A DNA stretch of 64,000 bases, from contig JBIKWN010000002.1 of NCBI GenBank assembly GCA_044356295.1, positions 32,001-96,000 of the forward strand. Direction: 5' to 3'. Position 1 is the first letter of the stretch. Each line of letters begins with the position of its first letter. Source of the DNA: Bdellovibrionota bacterium. Lineage in GTDB: Bacteria; Bdellovibrionota_C; UBA2361; JBIKWN01. Under the pieces are notes generated by a model that saw only the letters and a list, made by a program, of their open reading frames with translations, did not search any database and was not told the origin of the DNA. The translations under genes were made by a program, and so were the position numbers. This document shows positions 30,494 to 40,269 of this stretch, piece by piece.

Positions 30494-31660
30494 ATGGAAT
30501 TTATCGATCTTAAATCACAACTCAATCGAATCCGTACTAAAATTGATACTCGTATCAAAAACGTTCTTGACCGAGGTGCCTTTATACTTGGCAGTGAAGT
30601 GCAAGAATTAGAAACACAACTTGCACGATATACCGGAGCAAAACATGTCATAACCTGTGCAAACGGAACCGATGCCATACTTATCCCGCTAATGGCAAAA
30701 GGTATAGGTCAAGGTGACGCAGTATTTGTACCAGCGTTTACTTTTTTTGCGACCGCAGAAGTTGTCTCACTTGCTGGTGCTACTCCAGTTTTTGTAGATA
30801 TTGATCCTGTTACATTCAATATGTGCGCTGACTCACTCGAAGCACAAATTCAAGAAATATTAAAAAAATCTCCTGATCTAAAATTAAAAGCAGTCATTGC
30901 TGTTGATTTATTTGGTCTTGCTGCTGATTATAATAAAATTACGTCTGTTGCCGAGAAATATGGATTATTAGTAATTGAGGATGCAGCACAAGGATTTGGC
31001 GCACAGTATCATGGAAAAACTGCAGGAAATCTTGCAGCAATTGCATCTACCTCTTTTTTCCCAGCAAAACCGCTTGGATGTTTTGGTGATGGTGGAGCGA
31101 TGTTTTGTAATGATGATTCATTAGCAGAGAAATTAAAATCTATCAGAGTTCATGGGCAAGGCAAGCATAAATACGAAAACGTACAGATTGGATTAAATAG
31201 CAGACTTGATACCCTTCAAGCAGCAATCTTGTTAGAAAAACTTGAAATATTTGATGATGAACTTGAGAAACGAAATATAATTGCAGATCGATATACAAGT
31301 GCATTTACAGGAGTGATTCAAACGCCAGTAGTTTCAGAATATTTTTACTCTTCATGGGCACAATATACATTACGTACAACACGCCGTGATGAAATGATTA
31401 CAGCCCTTAAAGCTCATAATATTCCTACTATGGTATATTATCCTGTCCCACTCCACTTACAAAAAGCATATGAGTCACTTGGCTATGTAAACGGTTCACT
31501 CCCACATGCTGAACAAGCATCAAAAGAGGTAATCTCACTTCCAATGCATCCATATCTTTCTGAAGAAGATCAAGAACGTATTATTGATTCTGTACTTACA
31601 TTCCTTAATGATTCGGATGGTAAGAATTACAATTTAGGTACAGAAGTACACACAAAATAA
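30494..31660 (+). CDS. wbpE: DegT/DnrJ aminotransferase (WbpE-like)
   Basis: MEFIDLKSQ, ANGTDA, IEDAAQ, SFFPAKPLG, NSRLDTLQAA. Confidence 0.85.
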   Translation: MEFIDLKSQLNRIRTKIDTRIKNVLDRGAFILGSEVQELETQLARYTGAKHVITCANGTDAILIPLMAKGIGQGDAVFVPAFTFFATAEVVSLAGATPVFVDIDPVTFNMCADSLEAQIQEILKKSPDLKLKAVIAVDLFGLAADYNKITSVAEKYGLLVIEDAAQGFGAQYHGKTAGNLAAIASTSFFPAKPLGCFGDGGAMFCNDDSLAEKLKSIRVHGQGKHKYENVQIGLNSRLDTLQAAILLEKLEIFDDELEKRNIIADRYTSAFTGVIQTPVVSEYFYSSWAQYTLRTTRRDEMITALKAHNIPTMVYYPVPLHLQKAYESLGYVNGSLPHAEQASKEVISLPMHPYLSEEDQERIIDSVLTFLNDSDGKNYNLGTEVHTK

Positions 31661-31716
31661 TTGATCATATTTCTACTCTCGCCTATGAGTGATACACTCA
31701 ACGATGAGCAAATACT

Positions 31717-32715
31717 ATGACTAAAAAAATTATTGTTCTTGGGGCTAATTCATTTTCGGGTCAAGATTTCGTTGACCTACTTCTTTCAAATACTGCCTTC
31801 ACCGAAATCATCGGAGTAAGTCGCTCAGCAGAGCGATCGGCACTGTTTCTGAAATATAAAACTCAACAATCACTTGATCGTTATCGTTATGTTCAAATAG
31901 ATATGAATACACACATGGGCGATCTGCTGACGTTGTGTGATCAAATCCAACCGGATTACATCGTTAACTTTGCCGCACAAAGTGAGGTAGCGCCAAGCTG
32001 GGAACATCCAGAACATTGGTTTCATACCAACACCGTTGCTCTAGCTGAATTCATAAACCATATCAGACAACAAAAGTATTTAAAAAAATACCTCCATATC
32101 TCTTCACCCGAAGTATATGGTGCATGTGTTGGTACCGTAACTGAAACCGCACCTGTTAATCCAAGCACACCTTATGCAGCATCAAAGGCATCAGCTGATT
32201 TACTCCTGTCTGTTTTTTTGAAGCAATATAATTTTCCCGTGGTCACTGTTCGAGCAACAAATGTTTACGGATCCAGACAACAGCTCTTTAAAATTATTCC
32301 ACGCACCGCAATTTTTCTAAAACTCGGCAAAACAATTGAACTCCACGGAGGTGGTGAAGCAATTAAATCATATATTCATGTACGCGATGTATCGAATGGT
32401 GAGCTCGCTATCTTAGAAAACGGACGTATCGGTGAGCTCTATCACTTATCTCCAGACCAAGGAATTTCAGTAAAAGACGTAGTAAAAACTATTTGTGATG
32501 TTTCAGGAAAAGATTTTTCAACTGCAACAAAAATAGTCCCTGAGCGCCCTGGACAAGATGCTGCATATGTAATTGATTCGTCTAAAGCTAGAAACGCATT
32601 AGGTTGGAAAAGCCAGATAACTATCAATGAGGGTTTAACCGAAGTTATTGAGTGGGTTGATACCTACTGGCAAGAAATTTCAGAGCAGCCGCTGATGTAT
32701 ATACATAAAAAGTAG
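31717..32715 (+). CDS. NDP-sugar 4,6-dehydratase/epimerase (extended SDR)
   Basis: GANSFSG, NFAAQSEV..SW, ISSPEVYG, PYAASK. Confidence 0.85.
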   Translation: MTKKIIVLGANSFSGQDFVDLLLSNTAFTEIIGVSRSAERSALFLKYKTQQSLDRYRYVQIDMNTHMGDLLTLCDQIQPDYIVNFAAQSEVAPSWEHPEHWFHTNTVALAEFINHIRQQKYLKKYLHISSPEVYGACVGTVTETAPVNPSTPYAASKASADLLLSVFLKQYNFPVVTVRATNVYGSRQQLFKIIPRTAIFLKLGKTIELHGGGEAIKSYIHVRDVSNGELAILENGRIGELYHLSPDQGISVKDVVKTICDVSGKDFSTATKIVPERPGQDAAYVIDSSKARNALGWKSQITINEGLTEVIEWVDTYWQEISEQPLMYIHKK

Positions 32716-32717
32716 AG

Positions 32718-33749
32718 CTACATCTGGATTATGGGTCGAACGGTTTTTCCGTTTTCTAAATCATTGAGAGCTCCATTAATTTGCTCTAGCGTGTATGTAT
32801 TCGATGACAAAGGTTCCAATGAAAAATCGCCGTGCATTAAACATTCACAATAATTTGGGAAATCTTCATCAGGTTTAGTATTCCCTCCCCATGTGCCTCT
32901 TATTTGCTTACCCATATTGAAATGTTTTGGATCTATGGTAAGCATTTGATCATGATGTGCATTACCAATCACAACAGAAATTCCACCCTGTGGACGAACA
33001 ATTTCAAAAGCATTTCGCATTACATGAGGTAATCCAGTAGCCTCGACAGTAACATCAACTCCACCTTTTATAATTTCTTTAATTGCCTCTATCGGATCTG
33101 AATTCCCATCAACACAGTGAGTTGAACCCATTATTTTTGCAACTTCGAGTTTGGATTTATTAATATCAACCGTAATTATATGTGATGCTTTTGCCATCTT
33201 TGCAGCAGCAACAGCACAAAGACCAATTCCACCCACACCAAATACCGCCACGGACTGCCCTGCTTTTACTTCCGCAACGCGGAAGACGGATCCCATTCCA
33301 GTTGCTACAGCACATCCAATCATTGTGCCTTGAGAAAGATCCATTCCAACAGGCATTTTAGTTAAACGATTTTCGCTTATCACTGCATGACTACAAAATG
33401 TAGTCACTGCTCCAGCATTTATAATTTGATTATTAGAACCACGGTATTGAGTTCCCGGTACATCAAGACCACTACCTTTAATCCAGGACATTAAAACTGG
33501 ATCTCCAGATTGAATTTTTGTAACTCCCTGTCCAACCTCTAATACGATTCCCGTGCCTTCATGTCCCATGCAATGTGGAAGAAATTTATCAATCCCTTTA
33601 TACCCACGTGCTTCTAAAATTTGTGTATGGCACACACCACTGAATGCAATTTGTACAAGCACTTGACCCTTTTGAAGTACTGGGATTTCAAGCAATTCAA
33701 TTTCTAATGGTTTTCCAGTTTCTATTAAAACCGCAGCAGTCGCTTTCAT
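32718..33749 (-). CDS. Zinc-binding alcohol dehydrogenase family protein
   Basis: GVCHTQ, GHEG, GCAVATG, GVGGIG. Confidence 0.88.
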   Translation of the reverse strand: MKATAAVLIETGKPLEIELLEIPVLQKGQVLVQIAFSGVCHTQILEARGYKGIDKFLPHCMGHEGTGIVLEVGQGVTKIQSGDPVLMSWIKGSGLDVPGTQYRGSNNQIINAGAVTTFCSHAVISENRLTKMPVGMDLSQGTMIGCAVATGMGSVFRVAEVKAGQSVAVFGVGGIGLCAVAAAKMAKASHIITVDINKSKLEVAKIMGSTHCVDGNSDPIEAIKEIIKGGVDVTVEATGLPHVMRNAFEIVRPQGGISVVIGNAHHDQMLTIDPKHFNMGKQIRGTWGGNTKPDEDFPNYCECLMHGDFSLEPLSSNTYTLEQINGALNDLENGKTVRPIIQM

Positions 33750-33750
33750 C

Positions 33751-34758
33751 TTACTTCAGATTTGCTTGTTGCACTGTTTTAATATTGTGATAACGCGGAT
33801 TATTCATTGGATCCGTAATTTTTCCGGCAGCAAATGCATCTGCAAGATCTTTTACCGCATCTTGCACCCTTCGTTTGGGTTCATAATTGAGCTCCTTTTT
33901 TATCTTATCAGAGCATATATGATATGAACGGAGATCATTTGTTGGCTCAGCAGAAATTTCAACATGAGGACCAACAACACTTTTTACGAGATCAGCAATT
34001 TCAAACAAAGTATAATTTTTATATCCAACATTATATATCTTTCCGTGAATCTGTTCATGGCTCCAGCGAAGAGCATTCAGATATATATCGCACATATCAT
34101 CAATATGAAGGCTTGGACGTTTTTGCGATCCACCGAATAAGCGAATTTTCTCATTTACTACTGCCGTTGTAGTCAAAATATTAACCGTAATATCAAGTTT
34201 TAAACGGGGTGAATATCCGCATACTGCTGCAGGGCGAACTATAAATGTTGTACAAGAGGAATCCATTTCCTTTACGAGCAGTTCTTCGCACAGCACTTTA
34301 CATTGGGAATAGCCTGTTAATGGCTCTAAGGACAAATCTTCTGTTACTTCTTCTTCGCTCTTCAGTCCATAAACACTTGAAGAAGATGCAAAAATAAACC
34401 GTTTAATTCCTGTTTCTTTGACAAGACGCATCATCATTGGAAAGCAATCATAATTAATAGATTTTCCAACTACTGGATCAAAATCATAACTTGAATCATT
34501 AGAAATACACGCCAGATGAATGACAACATCACAACCCTCTAAAGCTTCTTTAACTGTTTCCTCATTGCGTATATCACCTCTCATGATTTCGAGATGATCA
34601 TGATTTCTTACTGCATCAAGTGAACTTTCATCAAAAATAAAAAGATCAAGTACTCGAACGTGGTATCCCTCATCTAGAAGCTTAGGGATCAGTCGAGAAC
34701 CGACATACCCTGCTCCACCTGGAATAAGTATTTTTTTAAAAGAATTCATATTTTTCAA
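33751..34758 (-). CDS. NAD-dependent sugar epimerase/dehydratase
   Basis: GGAGYVG, HLACISND, SSSSVYG, YSQCK. Confidence 0.88.
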   Translation of the reverse strand: MKNMNSFKKILIPGGAGYVGSRLIPKLLDEGYHVRVLDLFIFDESSLDAVRNHDHLEIMRGDIRNEETVKEALEGCDVVIHLACISNDSSYDFDPVVGKSINYDCFPMMMRLVKETGIKRFIFASSSSVYGLKSEEEVTEDLSLEPLTGYSQCKVLCEELLVKEMDSSCTTFIVRPAAVCGYSPRLKLDITVNILTTTAVVNEKIRLFGGSQKRPSLHIDDMCDIYLNALRWSHEQIHGKIYNVGYKNYTLFEIADLVKSVVGPHVEISAEPTNDLRSYHICSDKIKKELNYEPKRRVQDAVKDLADAFAAGKITDPMNNPRYHNIKTVQQANLK

Positions 34759-35747
34759 TTATTTCTTCCTAGATAAGTATGCCAATCTTTTGTAGCCTCT
34801 TGAATTGAGTTTACATTCCAAACTGGAGCTTCTCTCCAATAGTCAATCACTTCTAACATTTTCTGAACACCTTCTTCAAATGTTACTTTCGATTTCCAAT
34901 TGAGCGCTTTATATATCTTTGTAGTATCTGCAAAAGTACAGTCAGGTTCACCTGGGCGTTTCGGGATGTACTCTATTTTTCCACCTAATAATGAAACAAG
35001 CTTATTAACGCTGTAAGTTGCACCACTTCCAACATTAAAAATTTCACCGCTATAATCAGAGCATGCAGCGGTTACAACTGCATCAACAACATCAGTTACA
35101 TAAGTAAAATCCCTTGTTTGGGTTCCGTCACCAACAACAGTAAAAGGTTTACCATGTATTTTTTGAGCTAAAAAAACACCAAATACCGCGCCATATGTTC
35201 CTGATGTTCTTGAACGAGGTCCATAAACATTGAAAAAACGCATTGATACAGCTGGAATTCCATATACCTGACTCCAATGCATTACATAGGACTCACCAAT
35301 ATATTTTGTTAAAGCATAGGGATACATAGGACGAATAGGTGTATCTTCAGGAGTTGGATATTGGTCAGGAATACCGTAACAACTTGATGAAGCTGCATAG
35401 ATAAACCGTTTAACTTGCGCGAGCTTAGCAGCTTCTAATACAGAAACAGTGCCATCGACGTTAGAGCGATGATACTTCACTGGATGTTGTATTGATGGGA
35501 CAATGTCGGCAAGAGCGGCAAGATGAAATACCCAATCAACTCCAATGAAATCATCTTTGATCTCTTCAAAATTATTGATATCTGTAATATGAATATTTAA
35601 ACGAGGATTCTCTTTAAGAAATTCAAGATTAAGAAGTCGTCCAGTTGAAAGATTATCAATAACTGTAACAGTGTGCCCATCATTGAGAAGTCGTTCAACA
35701 AGATGACTTCCAATAAATCCTGCTCCTCCAGTAACCAGTGTTTTCAT
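34755..35747 (-). CDS. NAD-dependent sugar epimerase/dehydratase
   Basis: TGGAGFIGSH, HLAA, SSSCYG, YALTK, RFFNVYGP, GDGTQTRDF. Confidence 0.9.
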   Translation of the reverse strand: MKTLVTGGAGFIGSHLVERLLNDGHTVTVIDNLSTGRLLNLEFLKENPRLNIHITDINNFEEIKDDFIGVDWVFHLAALADIVPSIQHPVKYHRSNVDGTVSVLEAAKLAQVKRFIYAASSSCYGIPDQYPTPEDTPIRPMYPYALTKYIGESYVMHWSQVYGIPAVSMRFFNVYGPRSRTSGTYGAVFGVFLAQKIHGKPFTVVGDGTQTRDFTYVTDVVDAVVTAACSDYSGEIFNVGSGATYSVNKLVSLLGGKIEYIPKRPGEPDCTFADTTKIYKALNWKSKVTFEEGVQKMLEVIDYWREAPVWNVNSIQEATKDWHTYLGRNN

Positions 35748-36418
35748 GGATGACTCAGTATCGGGACGACTTTACAATCTTGCTCAAAAACATAATTAGA
35801 GATCATATGGGATACAATCCCAGCTACATCCTCCATAAGTTCATATTGACCAATTTTCGTGGGGATATATATAGATTGTTGTGCTATATGCAGTAACTTA
35901 CCACCATCAAACCCAACTATTCCAAAGGTTTTTGCACCTTTTTTATTTGCATATGAAATGGCGTTTAAAACATTTTTAGAATTTCCAGAAGATGATATCG
36001 CAACAACAACATCATCAGGTTGTAAAATAACTTTTAGTTGCTGAGCAAATACATTGTCATAGCCAAAATCATTTGCTGTTGCACTAAACCAAGGTAAGTT
36101 ATCTCCAAGGCTCATAACCCGAAATAAAAACTCATCCCCTTCAAATTTTTGCTTAGCAAGATCTGCTGCAAGATGTGAGGCGATTGCAGCACTTCCACCA
36201 TTCCCCATTAGAATAATCTGACTGTTTCTAAGACGAGCTGCAATAATTGCATGCATCAATGCTTCAACAGTCGAAATATCAATTAAGTTAAAAATTCGAT
36301 TAATGTTATTCGTATAATTTGTAAAGAATGCATGAAATGCATTTTCTGGAAGTACCGATTTCTCGATCTGAGTTTCTAACTTTGAGGCATCAGATTTAAG
36401 CTTATATTTTAACTTCAT
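35744..36418 (-). CDS. SIS-domain phosphoheptose isomerase-like (GmhA family)
   Basis: GNGGSAA.ASH, ANDFGY..VF, ISSSGNS.NV, GFDGG. Confidence 0.85.
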   Translation of the reverse strand: MKLKYKLKSDASKLETQIEKSVLPENAFHAFFTNYTNNINRIFNLIDISTVEALMHAIIAARLRNSQIILMGNGGSAAIASHLAADLAKQKFEGDEFLFRVMSLGDNLPWFSATANDFGYDNVFAQQLKVILQPDDVVVAISSSGNSKNVLNAISYANKKGAKTFGIVGFDGGKLLHIAQQSIYIPTKIGQYELMEDVAGIVSHMISNYVFEQDCKVVPILSHP

Positions 36419-36570
36419 TTGGTGCCTCCACTTTCTTGTGAACTATTCAATTATTAAGATGAGAGTTTCTAGAAAATGAACCATGAAAAAAATTCAAACA
36501 AATCCAATATATAGAGCCTAATAAAACATAGCAATATACAATTTGAACATCGTTTGTTTATAAAAGTAGC

Positions 36571-38100
36571 TTATTTGAGTATGGCTGTAAGGTGTCTTTT
36601 TAATAGAGCATAATCAAGGGAACTACGATGACCCACGGTTTTTACCGCTTCTGAACCTGCAATATTACCGATAAGGGCAAGTATTTCAGGATGAGCGCCA
36701 ACTGCAGCAAGTGGAGAGGTGACTGCAAGAACGGCATCCCCCGACCCAACACGGTCAACAACGCTTTGGGTAAAACCGGGACCTTCTGCTAATCCGTTGT
36801 CTTGATTGAGGCACATAATCCCATGTCGCCCCTTAGTTAATGTCACCGTTGGGCATGAAATACGGCCCATCAAGTTATGGAGCAGCGAAATAGAGTCTTC
36901 TTCTCTGTTGCGCATTTCAAGCCTTAGTTCCCCTTCTGATAAAGAAACATAATCGGCTCGAGGATATCTGGAAATTGTATGTAACCCTCTATTGCCCGCA
37001 TTTGCCTGCGTATTAACACAGAGAAACTTTGCTTTAGCACAAAGAAGTTCAATTGCAGCTTTACTAAGCATGCCATGACCATAATCAGCTACAATCACTA
37101 CGTCATATTGAGGAAGAATATTTTCAAGGGTTTCTAAAAGTTCAATTTCTTCAGCATTATTTTGTTCAGAATCATCAATAAAATAAACTTCAAATAACTT
37201 TTGAAGGAGATAATTATCAACATATCGAAGCTTAGTAATTGTTGGTTTACCTTTTTGCGCGAGAAAAGTTGCATTAATATTCTCTTTTAATTTTCCGCGA
37301 ATAAATTCTTCTTGTGAATTAATTTCTCCTAAACACGAAAGCATGCCCACATTCTTACAAAATCCTGCAACGTGATTTGCAATCGCTAATACTCCCCCAG
37401 CAAACTGTTCGCTTGAAAGGGAACGTGTGACGAGAACGGGCTCTTTCCCAGCTTTTCCAATAGCCTCTACGTAATGATATTCATCAATTATAGTCTCACC
37501 TATAATAAGGACACTTAAGTTATTAGCCCTCTCAAATAATGATGTAATATCTGATAACGAATACTTTGCTCTAATTTGCTCAAGGTATGTATGGATACCT
37601 GAAGAACTGTGAGGGAAAAATTTATTTAAAAGATTTGTGGAACTAAATTGAATGTCATTGGTAAAAACTAATGAACCTCCGTGTAGCTCCACTTCTTGGA
37701 TTTCAATTACAAGTTTACCAGGCGTATCAAGAGTTCGGTTTGCATAGTCAGGACCCTTCACGTAAAAGTTTGGTTTAATAGCTTTAATCGCAGGAACAGC
37801 ACTTGCTGCGTAATTAATACTAACCAGATCTACTGATTCAAGAGCTGCAAGCGCTTCTGCACGAAGTGCTTGCGTAAAAGCAGGTCGATGAGGTCCTTTA
37901 TTGACGAATTCATCGGCGGTAATCGTAACTACTAATATGTCTCCGAAGCTTTTTGCTTCCTGAAAGTGCCTTATATGCCCAATGTGCAAGAGATCAAAAA
38001 CACCGTGGCAATGTACAATTGTTTTACCTTGGTTCTTATAGGCCTGAAGTTTAGCACTTAGATCTTCAAGGATGTGGATTTTATCTTTGACTTCTGCCAT
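36571..38100 (-). CDS. Bifunctional nucleotidyltransferase / PfkB kinase (HldE-like, transferase domain first)
   Basis: HGVFDLLHIGH, YVKGPDY, SST; C-terminal DYGHG, DRVGSGDA. Confidence 0.85.
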   Translation of the reverse strand: MAEVKDKIHILEDLSAKLQAYKNQGKTIVHCHGVFDLLHIGHIRHFQEAKSFGDILVVTITADEFVNKGPHRPAFTQALRAEALAALESVDLVSINYAASAVPAIKAIKPNFYVKGPDYANRTLDTPGKLVIEIQEVELHGGSLVFTNDIQFSSTNLLNKFFPHSSSGIHTYLEQIRAKYSLSDITSLFERANNLSVLIIGETIIDEYHYVEAIGKAGKEPVLVTRSLSSEQFAGGVLAIANHVAGFCKNVGMLSCLGEINSQEEFIRGKLKENINATFLAQKGKPTITKLRYVDNYLLQKLFEVYFIDDSEQNNAEEIELLETLENILPQYDVVIVADYGHGMLSKAAIELLCAKAKFLCVNTQANAGNRGLHTISRYPRADYVSLSEGELRLEMRNREEDSISLLHNLMGRISCPTVTLTKGRHGIMCLNQDNGLAEGPGFTQSVVDRVGSGDAVLAVTSPLAAVGAHPEILALIGNIAGSEAVKTVGHRSSLDYALLKRHLTAILK

Positions 38101-38201
38101 ATTTGATAATGTGGGTACCCTATTTTTACCTAAAAATTATTGTTATTGTCATATTTGATTAAAATATAAAGCAATACCAGATATTTTTAGCTATAGTTAT
38201 A

Positions 38202-39215
38202 GTGCGATTCAAATTTATGAGTCTTCTTGCCTCGATGAACATCTCAATGAATATCGAACATGATTTGCTAGAAAAATTGTACCTCAAAATGCTTCTTATT
38301 CGGGTAGCCGAAGAAGTAATTGCCGATAGATACGCAGAGCAAGAAATGAGGTGCCCTGTCCACCTTTGTATCGGACAGGAAGCTGTTGCAGCCGGTGTTT
38401 GTGCTAATTTATCTATCAATGATTACGTAATGAGCGGTCACCGCTCTCATGGTCACTACTTAGCTAAAGGCGGTGCACTACGCCAAATGATCTCTGAAAT
38501 ATACGGTAAAGCAACCGGATGCTCTAAAGGGAAAGGAGGATCGATGCATTTAATCGATCTTGCTGTTGGTTTTCTTGGAGCGACTCCAATTGTTGGTAGT
38601 ACCATTCCAATTGGAGTTGGAGCTGCACTTTCCATTAAAATGTCAAAAAGCGATCAGGTATCCGTCATTTTTTTCGGTGAAGGTGCTACTGAAGAAGGTG
38701 TTTTTCACGAATCGCTAAATTTTGCAGCTCTTCATTCTTTACCAGTTGTTTTTGTCTGCGAAAATAATTTTTACTCTGTTTATTCTCCACTCTCTGTTCG
38801 ACAACCTGCAGGACGAACTGTTTCAGATTTTGCAACTGGAAATAAAATTTGGAATAAAGCAGGCGATGGCAATAATGTTGAGCAAGTTTATGAACTCTCA
38901 AATGAAGCAATAAGCTATGCACGTTCTGGCAAAGGTCCAACACTCCTTGAATTTACTACATATCGGTGGAGAGAACATTGTGGACCTGGTTGGGATAACA
39001 CTATTGGATATCGCACGGAACAAGAATATCTAGAGTGGAGAAAACTTTGCCCAATTGAGCGGACTGAAAAAAAACTTCTCTCTCTCGGTATTTCTCAAGC
39101 AACACTATCTTCTTATCACGATGAAATAAAAAATGAAGTAGATAGTGCAATTCAATTCGCGAAAGATAGTCCATTTCCTTCCCCAGCTGAACTCTTCACA
39201 GAGATTTATCGATGA
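38202..39215 (+). CDS. ThDP-dependent dehydrogenase E1 alpha-like subunit (true start probably 38235 or 38247)
   Basis: HLCIGQEA, HRSHGH, GKGGSMH, FFGEGA..EG, ENN, TYRWREH. Confidence 0.88.
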   Translation: MRFKFMSLLASMNISMNIEHDLLEKLYLKMLLIRVAEEVIADRYAEQEMRCPVHLCIGQEAVAAGVCANLSINDYVMSGHRSHGHYLAKGGALRQMISEIYGKATGCSKGKGGSMHLIDLAVGFLGATPIVGSTIPIGVGAALSIKMSKSDQVSVIFFGEGATEEGVFHESLNFAALHSLPVVFVCENNFYSVYSPLSVRQPAGRTVSDFATGNKIWNKAGDGNNVEQVYELSNEAISYARSGKGPTLLEFTTYRWREHCGPGWDNTIGYRTEQEYLEWRKLCPIERTEKKLLSLGISQATLSSYHDEIKNEVDSAIQFAKDSPFPSPAELFTEIYR

Positions 39216-40264
39216 GAGAGATTACATTTGCAAAAGCACTGAATGAAGCAACGGATCTCTGCATGTCAGAAGATCCAAATGTATTCATAATGGGGCTTGG
39301 TGTTCCAGACCCTAAAGCAATTTTCGGATCGACTGCTGGACTTCAAAAGAAATACGGTGAAGCCCGTGTTTTTGATATTCCTTGCGCCGAAAATGCAATG
39401 ACAGGGATTGCAATTGGTTCAGCACTTACGGGCAAACGTCCTATCCTTACTCATCAACGTATTGATTTTGCCCTTCTTTCCGTAGAGCAGTTAGTGAATC
39501 AAGCTGCAAAGTGGCATTACATGTTTGGAGCAGCTGCATCAGTACCACTAGTCATTCGGATGATCATAGGTCGAGGCTGGGGACAAGGACCTCAGCATTC
39601 GCAGAGTTTACAAGCACTGTTTGCTCATATTCCTGGCTTAAAGGTTGTAATGCCAACTACTGCGTTTGATGCAAAAGGACTTTTAATTGCAAGCATCCGC
39701 GACAACAATCCGGTAATTTTCTTAGAGCATCGTTGGCTTTATAATTTAACGAGCCATGTCCCAGAAGAGAGTTACGAAATCCCTCTTGGCAAGGCACGAA
39801 TTGTTACCGAAGGAAAAGATATTACAGTTGTGACCTCTTCCCATATGACAGTTGAAGCTATAAAAGCTTCATCAGATTTAGAAAAAGAAGGTATTCATTG
39901 TGAAATTCTCGACCTTAGAAGCATCCGTCCTCTAGACAAAGAGTCAATTCTGAGTTCGGTAAGAAAAACAGGAAGACTGCTGGTTTTAGACTCTGGTTGG
40001 ACATCATTTGGTATATCAGCAGAGATTATGGCAATGGTCTGTGAGAATGAATTCAAACATCTGAAGTGTTCACCTCAAAGGATAGCACTTCCAGACATCC
40101 CTACTCCGACATCACATGCACTTGCTCAGGATTATTATCCAACTTCTTTTGAAATTTCTGATGCTTGTCGTTCGCTTATGGGAGCTCCTACACTACAAAG
40201 AACGTTTAAAGAAGATTCGAAAACACTTGATATTCCTGACTCATCATTTACTGGACCTTTTTAA
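39212..40264 (+). CDS. ThDP-dependent dehydrogenase E1 beta-like / transketolase C-terminal subunit
   Basis: AENAMTG.AIG, NQAAK, QHSQSL, PGLKVV.P, NPVIFLEH, DLRSIRPLD. Confidence 0.88.
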   Translation: MREITFAKALNEATDLCMSEDPNVFIMGLGVPDPKAIFGSTAGLQKKYGEARVFDIPCAENAMTGIAIGSALTGKRPILTHQRIDFALLSVEQLVNQAAKWHYMFGAAASVPLVIRMIIGRGWGQGPQHSQSLQALFAHIPGLKVVMPTTAFDAKGLLIASIRDNNPVIFLEHRWLYNLTSHVPEESYEIPLGKARIVTEGKDITVVTSSHMTVEAIKASSDLEKEGIHCEILDLRSIRPLDKESILSSVRKTGRLLVLDSGWTSFGISAEIMAMVCENEFKHLKCSPQRIALPDIPTPTSHALAQDYYPTSFEISDACRSLMGAPTLQRTFKEDSKTLDIPDSSFTGPF

Positions 40265-40269
40265 TCTTT

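Noticed and set aside
38202..40264. Housekeeping pyruvate dehydrogenase complex
   Set aside because: There are no adjacent E2/E3 genes, and the pair is embedded among sugar-biosynthesis genes.
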